From Thermoplasmatota archaeon (lineage in GTDB: Archaea > Thermoplasmatota > E2 > JACPAO01 > JAHFTW01), in contig JBFIHX010000011.1 of the NCBI GenBank assembly GCA_041601615.1, positions 1 through 64,000 on the forward strand: DNA of 64,000 nucleotides, in the 5' to 3' direction. Shown piece after piece: positions 55,555 through 63,785 of this stretch. Below the pieces are notes generated by a model. It had not been told where the DNA came from and searched no databases. It saw nothing but the letters and a program-made list of their open reading frames with translations. Numbering within the stretch: position 1 is the stretch's first letter; every line of letters begins with the position of its first letter. A program made the translations under genes and the position numbers.

Positions 55555-56706
55555 TCAGTCGTTCAACTGCGGATTTTCCACTGTCCGGCTCGTCTCGCCC
55601 ACTTGTTGGCGCTCGATGCTCTCGAACAAGGCGCGGAAGTTGCCCTCGCCGAAGCCCTGTTCGCCGTGGCGCTGGATGACCTCGTAGAAGAACGGACCGG
55701 CGGCGGCCTCGTTGTACAGCAGGCTTGCTTCCTTCATGAAAATCTGAAGGAGGTAGCGGTTGTCGCGGCCGTCCACGAGGATTTTGCGCTTCTGGAGTTC
55801 TTCGATGTCTTCCTTGAGGTTCTCCACGGCCCGCTCGGCCATGCGCTCGGGGAGCATTTCGTAGTAGCTGGCGGGGGTGTCTAGGAACTGGAGGCCGGCT
55901 TTCTGCATCTGGGGCACGGTGTCCATGATTTGGCTCGTGGACAGCGCGATGTGCTGGACGCCGGGGCCGCCGTTGTCTTCGACGTACTTTTGGATTTGAC
56001 TGCCGTAGAAGTTGGGCGAAAGCGGCTCGTTGGTGGCGAACTTGACGTTGCTCTTGGGGTCGCGCATCACGATGGAGTTGAGGCCGCTGCCTACCGCTTC
56101 GGGGTTGCTGTCTTGGGTGTGGAAGCGAATGTCCCAGAAGTGTTCGAAGCCGAGCACGTCGCGGTACCAGTTCACGAGGCCGTGTAGGTCCCTTGTGTTG
56201 CTGGTGATGTGGTCCATGTGGGTGAAGGCGTGGCGGTTGACGGCGCTGCTGCCGGCCACGGGGGTGAGGTGGGGGTCTGTGGCGCCTTCTTTCTTTTCGA
56301 CGAAGGCGTATTCCACGTCTCCGAGCGGACTGGCGATGTGGAATTGCTTGTAGCCGTCTTTGACCCAGGGTTCGTCGATGAGGTTGGCGTTGCGTTCGCC
56401 GAGGACCTTGTACGCGTGGTCGACGCTTTCGACGCGGAAGGCGACGGTGCGCACGCCGTCTGGGTGGTGGCGCAGGAATTTGCCCGCGTGGCTGTCGCTT
56501 CGAGTCGGCGCGGTGACGCGGATGCGGCTGCGGGCGGCTTCAAAGAGGAGGCTGGTTTCGCCGAATTCCTCTTCGAATGCGGCGTCGCTTTGGGCCGTGA
56601 GCGCCATGTCCATTTTTTGGCCATAGAAGCCGCGGCTGCGGGCGATGTCGTGGACGACGAAGTCCACATGGTCGACGCGCTGGATGCCGAGGTTCTCGAT
56701 GGTCAT
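55555..56706 (-). CDS. hppD: 4-hydroxyphenylpyruvate dioxygenase
   Basis: DHI, SQIQ, GPGVQHIAL, LLQIF and EVIQR...GFGEGNFRALFESIE motifs. Confidence 0.95.
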   Translation of the reverse strand: MTIENLGIQRVDHVDFVVHDIARSRGFYGQKMDMALTAQSDAAFEEEFGETSLLFEAARSRIRVTAPTRSDSHAGKFLRHHPDGVRTVAFRVESVDHAYKVLGERNANLIDEPWVKDGYKQFHIASPLGDVEYAFVEKKEGATDPHLTPVAGSSAVNRHAFTHMDHITSNTRDLHGLVNWYRDVLGFEHFWDIRFHTQDSNPEAVGSGLNSIVMRDPKSNVKFATNEPLSPNFYGSQIQKYVEDNGGPGVQHIALSTSQIMDTVPQMQKAGLQFLDTPASYYEMLPERMAERAVENLKEDIEELQKRKILVDGRDNRYLLQIFMKEASLLYNEAAAGPFFYEVIQRHGEQGFGEGNFRALFESIERQQVGETSRTVENPQLND

Positions 56707-56791
56707 GGTCTAGCCGAAGAGGCAGCCTACTTGAAATTTGGGCAAGCGGCGGCTTTTGGAGCAAAGTGGCTAGGGCCGGCGCGGGAGCGGG

Positions 56792-57802
56792 GTGGACGCA
56801 CATGGGCGCGCTTATCGTGGGCGTGCGGATGGACGATTGATGCATGTCGTGACCCGTCGCTCGGGAACGTGGACGGTCGGCGAGGCAGACGCAAGCCGAG
56901 CCGCCGATTCGGCCCTGGAGGCCCGCTCGGACCCGAAGGTGATGGCTTGGGTGCGTGCTGGGGGTGCGCCGATGCAGGAGTTGGCGATTCTAGGCGATCG
57001 CCTTGGATTGCACCCGTTGGCGTTGGAGGATGTGCAGACGACTCGGCAGCGTCCGAAGGTCGAGGATTATGGCGATGTGACGTTCGTTGTGGTGCGTGTG
57101 CCTCGGTATGATGGCGAGGTTTCGTGGAAGCAAGTGGGCATTTTTTTGGGCCCGGATTTCGTGGTGACGGCGTCTGAGGCGCCGTTGCCGGAGTTGGATG
57201 CTGTGGAGCGCAGGGTCTTGGAGCGCGGGCTTCCGGAGGATCGTGGCTCGGCGTGTTTTCTATTCTATCTTATTTTGGATGCGTTGGTGGATGCGTGGTT
57301 TCCGTTCATGGATGCGTTGGAGGAGCACTTGGATGAATTGGAGGACAAGGTCATCGAGCACGCGGGTCAGGAGTTGCTTACCAGCATCCGCAACGTGAAG
57401 CGCACCATCAGCCGGACGCGCAAGGTCAGCGGGCCGATGCGGGAGGCGTCGCTGGCGTTGGAGCGCGGTGATCACAAGTCCATACTCGCTGGCACGCGGA
57501 TCTATCTTCGTGACGTGAGCGACCACATGGTTCGCATCACGGAGCGCTTGGAGCACGTCAAGGAATCGAGTTTGATTGCCCAGGAGACTTGGAATGCGAC
57601 GCTGGCCAACCACCAGAATGAGTTGATGAAGAGGCTCACGGTCATCGCCGCGCTTCTCCTGTTGCCGGGGTTGCTTGCGGGCCTTGGTGGCATGAATTTT
57701 GTGCGTGGGTTTCCCGATTGGGGGTACTGGACTGTGGTGTCTTCGATTGTGGGTATTGTGCTGATCGGATTGACGTTTGCGCGTCTTAAGCGGTGGATTT
57801 GA
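56792..57802 (+). CDS. corA: CorA-family Mg/Co transporter
   Basis: LHPLALED..QRPKVE, YLRDV.DH, GMN signature and two C-terminal TM helices. Confidence 0.92.
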   Translation: MDAHGRAYRGRADGRLMHVVTRRSGTWTVGEADASRAADSALEARSDPKVMAWVRAGGAPMQELAILGDRLGLHPLALEDVQTTRQRPKVEDYGDVTFVVVRVPRYDGEVSWKQVGIFLGPDFVVTASEAPLPELDAVERRVLERGLPEDRGSACFLFYLILDALVDAWFPFMDALEEHLDELEDKVIEHAGQELLTSIRNVKRTISRTRKVSGPMREASLALERGDHKSILAGTRIYLRDVSDHMVRITERLEHVKESSLIAQETWNATLANHQNELMKRLTVIAALLLLPGLLAGLGGMNFVRGFPDWGYWTVVSSIVGIVLIGLTFARLKRWI

Positions 57803-57851
57803 AGTGACCTCGGTTGGCCGGGTTCGAGCCCGATCCATGGTGGGTGCGTAG

Positions 57852-58595
57852 GTGCTTCGAGAATCCAAATCAGCAAAGCGGCAGCGCGCCGTCGCGATCG
57901 ATGCAGCGTTGCAAGCGGCCTACCCGCTTTCTACGTGCGCGCTGGACCACGGTTCTCCGTTCCAACTGCTTGTGGCCACGGCGATGAGTGCGCAAACTAC
58001 GGATGTGGCGGTCAACCATGCGACGGCCAAGTTGTTTGCTCGTTTTCCTACGGCAGAGGCGATGGCGGCAGCTCCTGACGGGGAGATTGAGGCGTGCATC
58101 AACAGCATTGGACTTTGGCGCAACAAGGCGCGCAATGCACGGGCGGCGGCGCGGATGATCGCGGATGATTTTGGTGGCGAGGTGCCACGGACTGTGGAGG
58201 AATTGGTGCGGTTGCCGGGTGTTGGGCGCAAGACTGCGACGGCGGTGCTGGGCACGGCGTTTGGCATCGCAGCGGGTGTGACGGTGGACACGCATATGCT
58301 GCGCATCAATCGGCTTGCGGCTCTTTCGAAGGAGACGGATCCGGACAAAATGGCGCGGGACCTAGAGGTGCTTTTGCCCCGTGACCAGTGGCCGCATTAT
58401 ACGCATCGAATCATTGACCATGGGCGACTCGTGTGTGTTGCCCGGCGGCCTCGTTGCGGGGTGTGCGTGCTGCAAAAGAATGGTCTTTGCCCGTCTGCGT
58501 TTGACGAAGCGGCGGGGTACAAGGCAGGCAACGATGAACGGGAGCCGGCGAGTGCGAAGGGATTGAGTTGGTTGAGTCGACGCAGCCTTCCTTGA
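57852..58595 (+). CDS. nth: Endonuclease III
   Basis: SAQTTD, LPGVGRKTA (HhH), VDTH and C-x6-C-x2-C [4Fe-4S] motif. Confidence 0.93.
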   Translation: MLRESKSAKRQRAVAIDAALQAAYPLSTCALDHGSPFQLLVATAMSAQTTDVAVNHATAKLFARFPTAEAMAAAPDGEIEACINSIGLWRNKARNARAAARMIADDFGGEVPRTVEELVRLPGVGRKTATAVLGTAFGIAAGVTVDTHMLRINRLAALSKETDPDKMARDLEVLLPRDQWPHYTHRIIDHGRLVCVARRPRCGVCVLQKNGLCPSAFDEAAGYKAGNDEREPASAKGLSWLSRRSLP

Positions 58596-58639
58596 TGCCA
58601 TGGCGCAAGGGCGGTCGTTTGGATGGAAGGTGGGCTTTC

Positions 58640-58882
58640 CTAGAGGGCGCGGACGTAGAAGTCGCACTCGCCGTTCGAGCCGCCGCCTGCGGAGTAGAGG
58701 ACGCCAAAGTCCACGGTTTGGTACTGGAAGTGGCAGCTGAGGCCCGTTTGCATGGGTCCGACGCTGAAGGGAATGCCGGCGATTTCCCCTTGCACCGTGG
58801 TTGGGTCTGCTGTGGCGGTCGGGGACATGAGGGCGCCCGTGATGAGCAGACAGAGGGCTAGGAGGTGCATCATTGTGCGCAT
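58640..58882 (-). CDS. Small secreted 2-Cys beta peptide (family D)
   Basis: Signal peptide; paralog of 61936-62172 (GExAG.P.SVGP, DFGV.YS, C...RAL). Confidence 0.8.
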   Translation of the reverse strand: MRTMMHLLALCLLITGALMSPTATADPTTVQGEIAGIPFSVGPMQTGLSCHFQYQTVDFGVLYSAGGGSNGECDFYVRAL

Positions 58883-59040
58883 GCCGCCGCATCTTTTGCT
58901 GGGAAGATGACGTTTTCTCGGGACAAATGCAAACGTCTCCTGCTTGCATCGTGCCCGTGGCAATCCATGGGCAGGGACATTCAAGAATTGGGGGCGGGGG
59001 TAGGGGTGAAGCGGGGAAAATTGAGCGATGAGTGATCCTC

Positions 59041-59244
59041 TCAGGTGTCGATGAAGATGTAGAGACTGCATGGGCCCGCGTACTCGCCGCCGCTGCCGAC
59101 CCAGGCTTCGCCCCAGAATCCGTAGACGCCGTTGGTGCCTTTGCACATGCCGGGCAAATCTTGGTCTACGGTGACGTCCGCGGCGGCATGGGGAACTGTG
59201 GTGGTCAGAAGGGCAAGCATGGCGACGACGAGGAGTGCGCGCAT
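59041..59244 (-). CDS. Small secreted 2-Cys peptide
   Basis: Signal peptide ending AAA; mature part about 45 aa, ending PCSLYIFIDT. Confidence 0.68.
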   Translation of the reverse strand: MRALLVVAMLALLTTTVPHAAADVTVDQDLPGMCKGTNGVYGFWGEAWVGSGGEYAGPCSLYIFIDT

Positions 59245-59455
59245 GCTGCCGGATGGAAGGTGGAATGGTTCAATGTAATTCGGGATGAACGCAAAAACAC
59301 GGTTTGGACAGACTGGGGCGAGAATGGGAAGGAGCTGAAGGGTGAGGGGGCAGGAGGGAGAAGGAGTGAGGGAGGGAAGGGGCGGGGGGAATGGAGCGAG
59401 AGGGGGAAGGGTGGTGTGGGGTGTGGGGAAAGAGGAGGAGATATTGGCAGTGTTT

Positions 59456-59791
59456 CTAGCTGGATTCGACGTAGACCTTGCAGTCGCCGTGGCTGTAGGC
59501 GCGGAACGAGAACATGGGGTGGGTCGAGAAGTCAAGCAAGACGCAGCCGACCACGAAGGGGCCGTCGCCTTCGGCGTTGACATCGCAGCGGCCGCGGCTG
59601 TAGACGCGGGGCTCGACGGCAGGGCTCGTGGAGAACGGTGCGTTGGCGCAGTCGATGCTGTTGTTTCGGTAGTCGACGCTGACGTTGCCGACTTCCGCGT
59701 GCACGGACAACGGGCCGGCCGTTGCGGCGGGGGCGAGGCCGATCACGAGGACGGCCACGAGCAGGCTTCCGAGGAACATTGGGGTTCGCAT
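59456..59791 (-). CDS. Small secreted 4-Cys protein with two internal units
   Basis: Signal peptide; RVYSRGRCDV and RAYSHGDCKV units; AAGGTGA SD. Confidence 0.72.
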   Translation of the reverse strand: MRTPMFLGSLLVAVLVIGLAPAATAGPLSVHAEVGNVSVDYRNNSIDCANAPFSTSPAVEPRVYSRGRCDVNAEGDGPFVVGCVLLDFSTHPMFSFRAYSHGDCKVYVESS

Positions 59792-59964
59792 GGTATCACC
59801 TTGACGCCATTTCGGCGCCGGGCTCAGCATCTACCTCGGGATGATTGTGGTTGTGGTCGAGGATGAAACATCGACGGACGAAGGCACGAATTTTGCTTGC
59901 AAAGAGTAGAGAATGGGATGGGGTCAGAGGAAGAAGGGAGGAGGATGGTGTTCGTGGGTGCGTC

Positions 59965-60699
59965 CTAGAACACTTGCTGGCCGGCAACCCAGAGGTGGCT
60001 CTCGCAGGAGCTGATGGCTTGGTAGCGCACGAGTCCGTTGTCGTGTTCGTAGTAGTAGTACATGCACATGGGCTCGGGGCCGCCGTCGGTTCCGGAAGCT
60101 TGCTGGAACAGGGGTTCACCGAAGACGAACACTTCGTATTGGCAGGTGCTGCGGCTGACCACGTACACGGTTTCGGGGTCGCCGTAGGTGGCGTAGCGGT
60201 CCATGCAGGGGTAGTCGCCGGCGCCGCCGTCGGTGGCGATGAAGTCGAGTTCGTTGAACTTCACGTCGTACGAGCAGCTGCTGTACTGGTAGACGGTGAC
60301 GACGACCAGGTTCCACTCGTTGTAGATGGAGTAGCACGGGGGCATCTCGAAGCTGGAGGCAGCCATGCGGCCGAGGGCGGGTTCGCCAAAGAGGTACAGT
60401 TCGTAGCTGCAGGTGCTGCGGCTGACGATGTAGACGGTGTCGGGGTCGCCGTAGGTGGCGTAGCGGTACATGCAGGGCGGGCCGCTGCTATCTTGGGCGG
60501 TCACGAGGTCCATGTCGTTGAGTTTCACTTCATAGGAACAGCTGCTGTACTGATAGACGGTGACGACGCCGAGGTCCCACTCGTTGTAGATGTCGTAGCA
60601 ATCGGGCCCGTCGGGCAGGTCCGGTCCACCGGCACTTGCGGCGGGCATGAGGAGTACGGAGGCGAGTGCCGAGAGGGCAAGGAGGGTTGTTGTGTTCAT
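59965..60699 (-). CDS. Secreted Tyr/Cys-rich protein with five C-x19-20-C repeats
   Basis: Signal peptide; A-B-A'-B'-C repeat order visible at both DNA and protein level. Confidence 0.82.
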   Translation of the reverse strand: MNTTTLLALSALASVLLMPAASAGGPDLPDGPDCYDIYNEWDLGVVTVYQYSSCSYEVKLNDMDLVTAQDSSGPPCMYRYATYGDPDTVYIVSRSTCSYELYLFGEPALGRMAASSFEMPPCYSIYNEWNLVVVTVYQYSSCSYDVKFNELDFIATDGGAGDYPCMDRYATYGDPETVYVVSRSTCQYEVFVFGEPLFQQASGTDGGPEPMCMYYYYEHDNGLVRYQAISSCESHLWVAGQQVF

Positions 60700-61030
60700 G
60701 GAGTAGCTCCGTCCCGATGGGACGATTGTGGCGAAGGGTCACCCACCAAAAACCCCTGGAGGCGGTTCCCATTCCACTAGAAATGAGGGGCTTTGTCTGG
60801 ACGTCCCTAGCGTCGTGCGTGCTTGCTCCGCAGCAAGATATGGAGGTTGCAAACCCCGGAGGTGGCAGACGTGGCCAGCGAGTGGCTCCATTTGTTCCTG
60901 CGACGTCCCGATGAGCATCGGCGCAGCTCCCAGCGCCCGTCGTTCCAGCGTGCCGTTGGATGGGCTCCTAAACCCGAACCTGTCCACCTAGGTTGGAAAC
61001 GTTCAAGTCGCACACGGGGTGGGCGAAAGC

Positions 61031-61858
61031 ATGGCCTTCGACCTGGAAGGAAAGCGCGCGCTCGTATTTGGTGTCGCAAGCGATACAAGCATCGCCTGGG
61101 GCATTGCCCAGGAGTTGGCAAACCATGGCGTCAAGGTCACCATGGGCTACCAGAAGCGCTTCCTAAGCCGCGTCATGAGCCTCTTCAAGGACACGCCCTG
61201 GATCGAAGGCTGGTACGAATGCGACGTATCCCAAGAAGAATCCGTTCGGAGCTTCTTCGAGCAGGCGCCAGGCAAATTCGACATGATGGTGCACTGCATC
61301 GGCTTTGCACCCGCCACCGCCCTCCAGGACGAACTCATCAACACCACAAGCGAGGACTTTGCCACCGCCCTCGACGTCAGCGCCTACAGCCTCGTGCGGT
61401 TGTGCCGATTCGCTGAGCCCAACATGAACGACGATGGCAGCGTCGTGTGCCTCACCTACCTCGGCGCCGACCGCGTCGTCCCAGGCTACCGCGTCATGGG
61501 TACTGCCAAGGCTGCCCTGCAAGAACTAACCCGAGAATTGGCCGTCTGCATGGGTCCCCGTGGCATCCGCGTCAACGCCATCAGCGCCGGCCCCATCCGC
61601 ACCCTCGCTGCTTCCGGAGTCCCTGGCTTCGACAGCATCCTCGACTGGATGGCCCACAGCGCGCCCCTGAAGCGCAACGTATCGCAAGCGGACGTCGCCG
61701 GCAGCGCCCTGTTTTTGCTCTCGGAGCTCGGCAGCGGAGTCACCGGCCAGACCCTGTACGTGGACGGCGGCTACAGCATCGTCGGCGTGCCACCAGAACT
61801 AGACAAAGTTCGGTTGCCTGGAAAAGGTGCAAAGCCGATATCGTTTGGGATGGGCTAA
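61031..61858 (+). CDS. fabI: Enoyl-thioester reductase FabI
   Basis: GVASDTSIAWGIA, SAYSL, LTYLG...PGYRVMGTAKAAL and ISAGPIRTLAA motifs. Confidence 0.9.
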   Translation: MAFDLEGKRALVFGVASDTSIAWGIAQELANHGVKVTMGYQKRFLSRVMSLFKDTPWIEGWYECDVSQEESVRSFFEQAPGKFDMMVHCIGFAPATALQDELINTTSEDFATALDVSAYSLVRLCRFAEPNMNDDGSVVCLTYLGADRVVPGYRVMGTAKAALQELTRELAVCMGPRGIRVNAISAGPIRTLAASGVPGFDSILDWMAHSAPLKRNVSQADVAGSALFLLSELGSGVTGQTLYVDGGYSIVGVPPELDKVRLPGKGAKPISFGMG

Positions 61859-61935
61859 TCCACAAAGGTGGACACGCAGCTAAGTTTATCGATTGTCTCG
61901 AATAAAGTTTTCATTCTTGATGGCGATTACCTAGA

Positions 61936-62172
61936 ATGCGTTTCGTCCTGATCTCGGTGCTCGCCTGCGTGGTCGCTGCCCCTGCTGTTTCCGCTGACTA
62001 TTTCACTGTGTTTGGGGAAGCTGCAGGAGTTCCATATTCGGTTGGGCCTGTTCCGACCGTCACCGATGTATGCACTAACTATTTCTGGTACGAAACAACT
62101 GATTTTGGCGTTTTCTACTCGAATGGAAAATTCAACAAAGGTGGCTGCGCCATATTCATCCGCGCTCTGTAA
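61936..62172 (+). CDS. Small secreted 2-Cys beta peptide (family D)
   Basis: Signal peptide; paralog of 58640-58882. Confidence 0.8.
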   Translation: MRFVLISVLACVVAAPAVSADYFTVFGEAAGVPYSVGPVPTVTDVCTNYFWYETTDFGVFYSNGKFNKGGCAIFIRAL

Positions 62173-62268
62173 GCCAATCCCGCCCCGGCTCTGTTCATTC
62201 TTTTTCCCTGCTCCAGTTCCCAGCACCCTCCTCGACCCCCTTTTCAAGCCCCCCCGACTCGCCGGACT

Positions 62269-62820
62269 GTGCGCGTCGTGGGGATCACGGGAATGCCGGG
62301 TAGTGGCAAGTCGGAAGCGGTGGCGGTGGCCCAAGAACGCGGCTACCCCGTCATTCGCATGGGTGATTTGATCTGGGACGAAGTTGCGCGCCAGGGACTG
62401 CCCCGTGCCTCCGTGCATGTGGGCAGGGTCGCCAATGAAATGCGCCACATCCACGGCGACGATGTGTGGGCATTGCGCACCGCCCAACGCGTCAAGGAAC
62501 GTGCAATCGGCCAAGACATCGTCTTGATCGACGGCATTCGCAGCAACCACGAGGTCGAAACGTTTCGGCGCGAATTGGGAGACGACTTCGTGCTCGTGGC
62601 CATCCACACAGACCCCGAAGAGCGCCATGCTCGCTTGACGCGCCGCGCCCGCGACGACGACCCCACGGATCATGCGGCCCACAAGGATCGTGATTCGCGG
62701 GAATTGAACTGGGGGATTGCTCGCACCATCGCCATGGCAGACGAAATGGTGGTCAATGACGCGGACTTGGTGACATTCCGCGCTCGCGTGGCGAGCTTGT
62801 TGGACGAAGTTGCAGCCTAA
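62269..62820 (+). CDS. Archaeal P-loop kinase (UPF0200, dephospho-CoA-kinase-like)
   Basis: GMPGSGKS, MGD, IDGIRS..EV and RD.REL.WGI motifs. Confidence 0.85.
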   Translation: MRVVGITGMPGSGKSEAVAVAQERGYPVIRMGDLIWDEVARQGLPRASVHVGRVANEMRHIHGDDVWALRTAQRVKERAIGQDIVLIDGIRSNHEVETFRRELGDDFVLVAIHTDPEERHARLTRRARDDDPTDHAAHKDRDSRELNWGIARTIAMADEMVVNDADLVTFRARVASLLDEVAA

Positions 62821-62918
62821 GGTTGCGTGAATGGGACCAACTTGGCCAGCATCGCTTGGTTGGTTTGTTGGGCGAACTTGGTTAGCCTCGCATGGCTGGC
62901 TTGCTAGGCAAGCTCGGC

Positions 62919-63701
62919 CTAGTTTTTGCTGCCGTTGGTGGCCTTCGCGGCACGTTCCTGGTCCCGCCGCACACGTTCTTCGGCCATGCGTCGAATGACC
63001 TCGGCGGCAGAAGGATCCCCGGCAAGGTCTCGGATTCCATCCTCGCTCGGCACCTTGAATGCAGCGGTCGGCGCGGCCGATTTCGTTGCTGCGACGGGTG
63101 CGACCGCTTCGTGCTCATCCAAATCTGCCGGTTCCACGCGCACACGGGGCTTGCCCACGGCGGGCGGTCCTTCTTCGCGCCACTTGCGACGCATGGCGTC
63201 CTGCGCTTCCTCGAAGGTGTTGGTTTTGCCGTAGGGCCGGGCCGATTTGGCCTCGCGGTCCCACATGTAAAGCTCCACGCCGGCGGTGACCAGAAGCCCG
63301 ATGCTCATGGGGTCAGGGTATTCTTCCTCGAACACAACGCGCGTGATGCCGCAATTGGCAATCATGCGGCTGCACTGGGTACAGGGTTGCGTGGTGCAGT
63401 AGATTTCTGCGCCCTCGATGCTGACGCCCGTCGTCGCCGCTTGAAGGATGGCGTTCTGTTCCGCGTGCAGGCACGGGCAAACGTCTGCCATCATGCCGCG
63501 GGGAATGTTCAGTTCCTCGCGCAGGCAGCCGGTGTCGCAAGGATGCGGAAAGTTACGAGGGGCGCCATTGTAGCCCGTGGTAAGGACGCGCTTGTCCTTG
63601 ACAATCAACGCACCCACTTGGCGACGCGGGCAGGTGCCACGGGACTTGACAAGGTGTGTCATGTCCATGAAGTACTGCTCGACGGTGGGGCGGTCGTCCA
63701 C
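62919..63701 (-). CDS. dCMP deaminase with long C-terminal extension
   Basis: TC.RRQVGA, GYNG, HAEQNA and PCTQC motifs. Confidence 0.88.
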   Translation of the reverse strand: MDDRPTVEQYFMDMTHLVKSRGTCPRRQVGALIVKDKRVLTTGYNGAPRNFPHPCDTGCLREELNIPRGMMADVCPCLHAEQNAILQAATTGVSIEGAEIYCTTQPCTQCSRMIANCGITRVVFEEEYPDPMSIGLLVTAGVELYMWDREAKSARPYGKTNTFEEAQDAMRRKWREEGPPAVGKPRVRVEPADLDEHEAVAPVAATKSAAPTAAFKVPSEDGIRDLAGDPSAAEVIRRMAEERVRRDQERAAKATNGSKN

Positions 63702-63785
63702 GGGCGGCCGAGGCCCAGAGCAATTGAAAGGGTCATCGCCGCAAATCGTCGGAGGGCTCTTGGATGAAGCTGGCGTCTGAATCAC

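Noticed and set aside
62269-63701. P-loop kinase plus dCMP deaminase as an AvcD-like antiviral system
   Set aside because: The genes are separate and convergent, and each resembles a housekeeping archaeal family.
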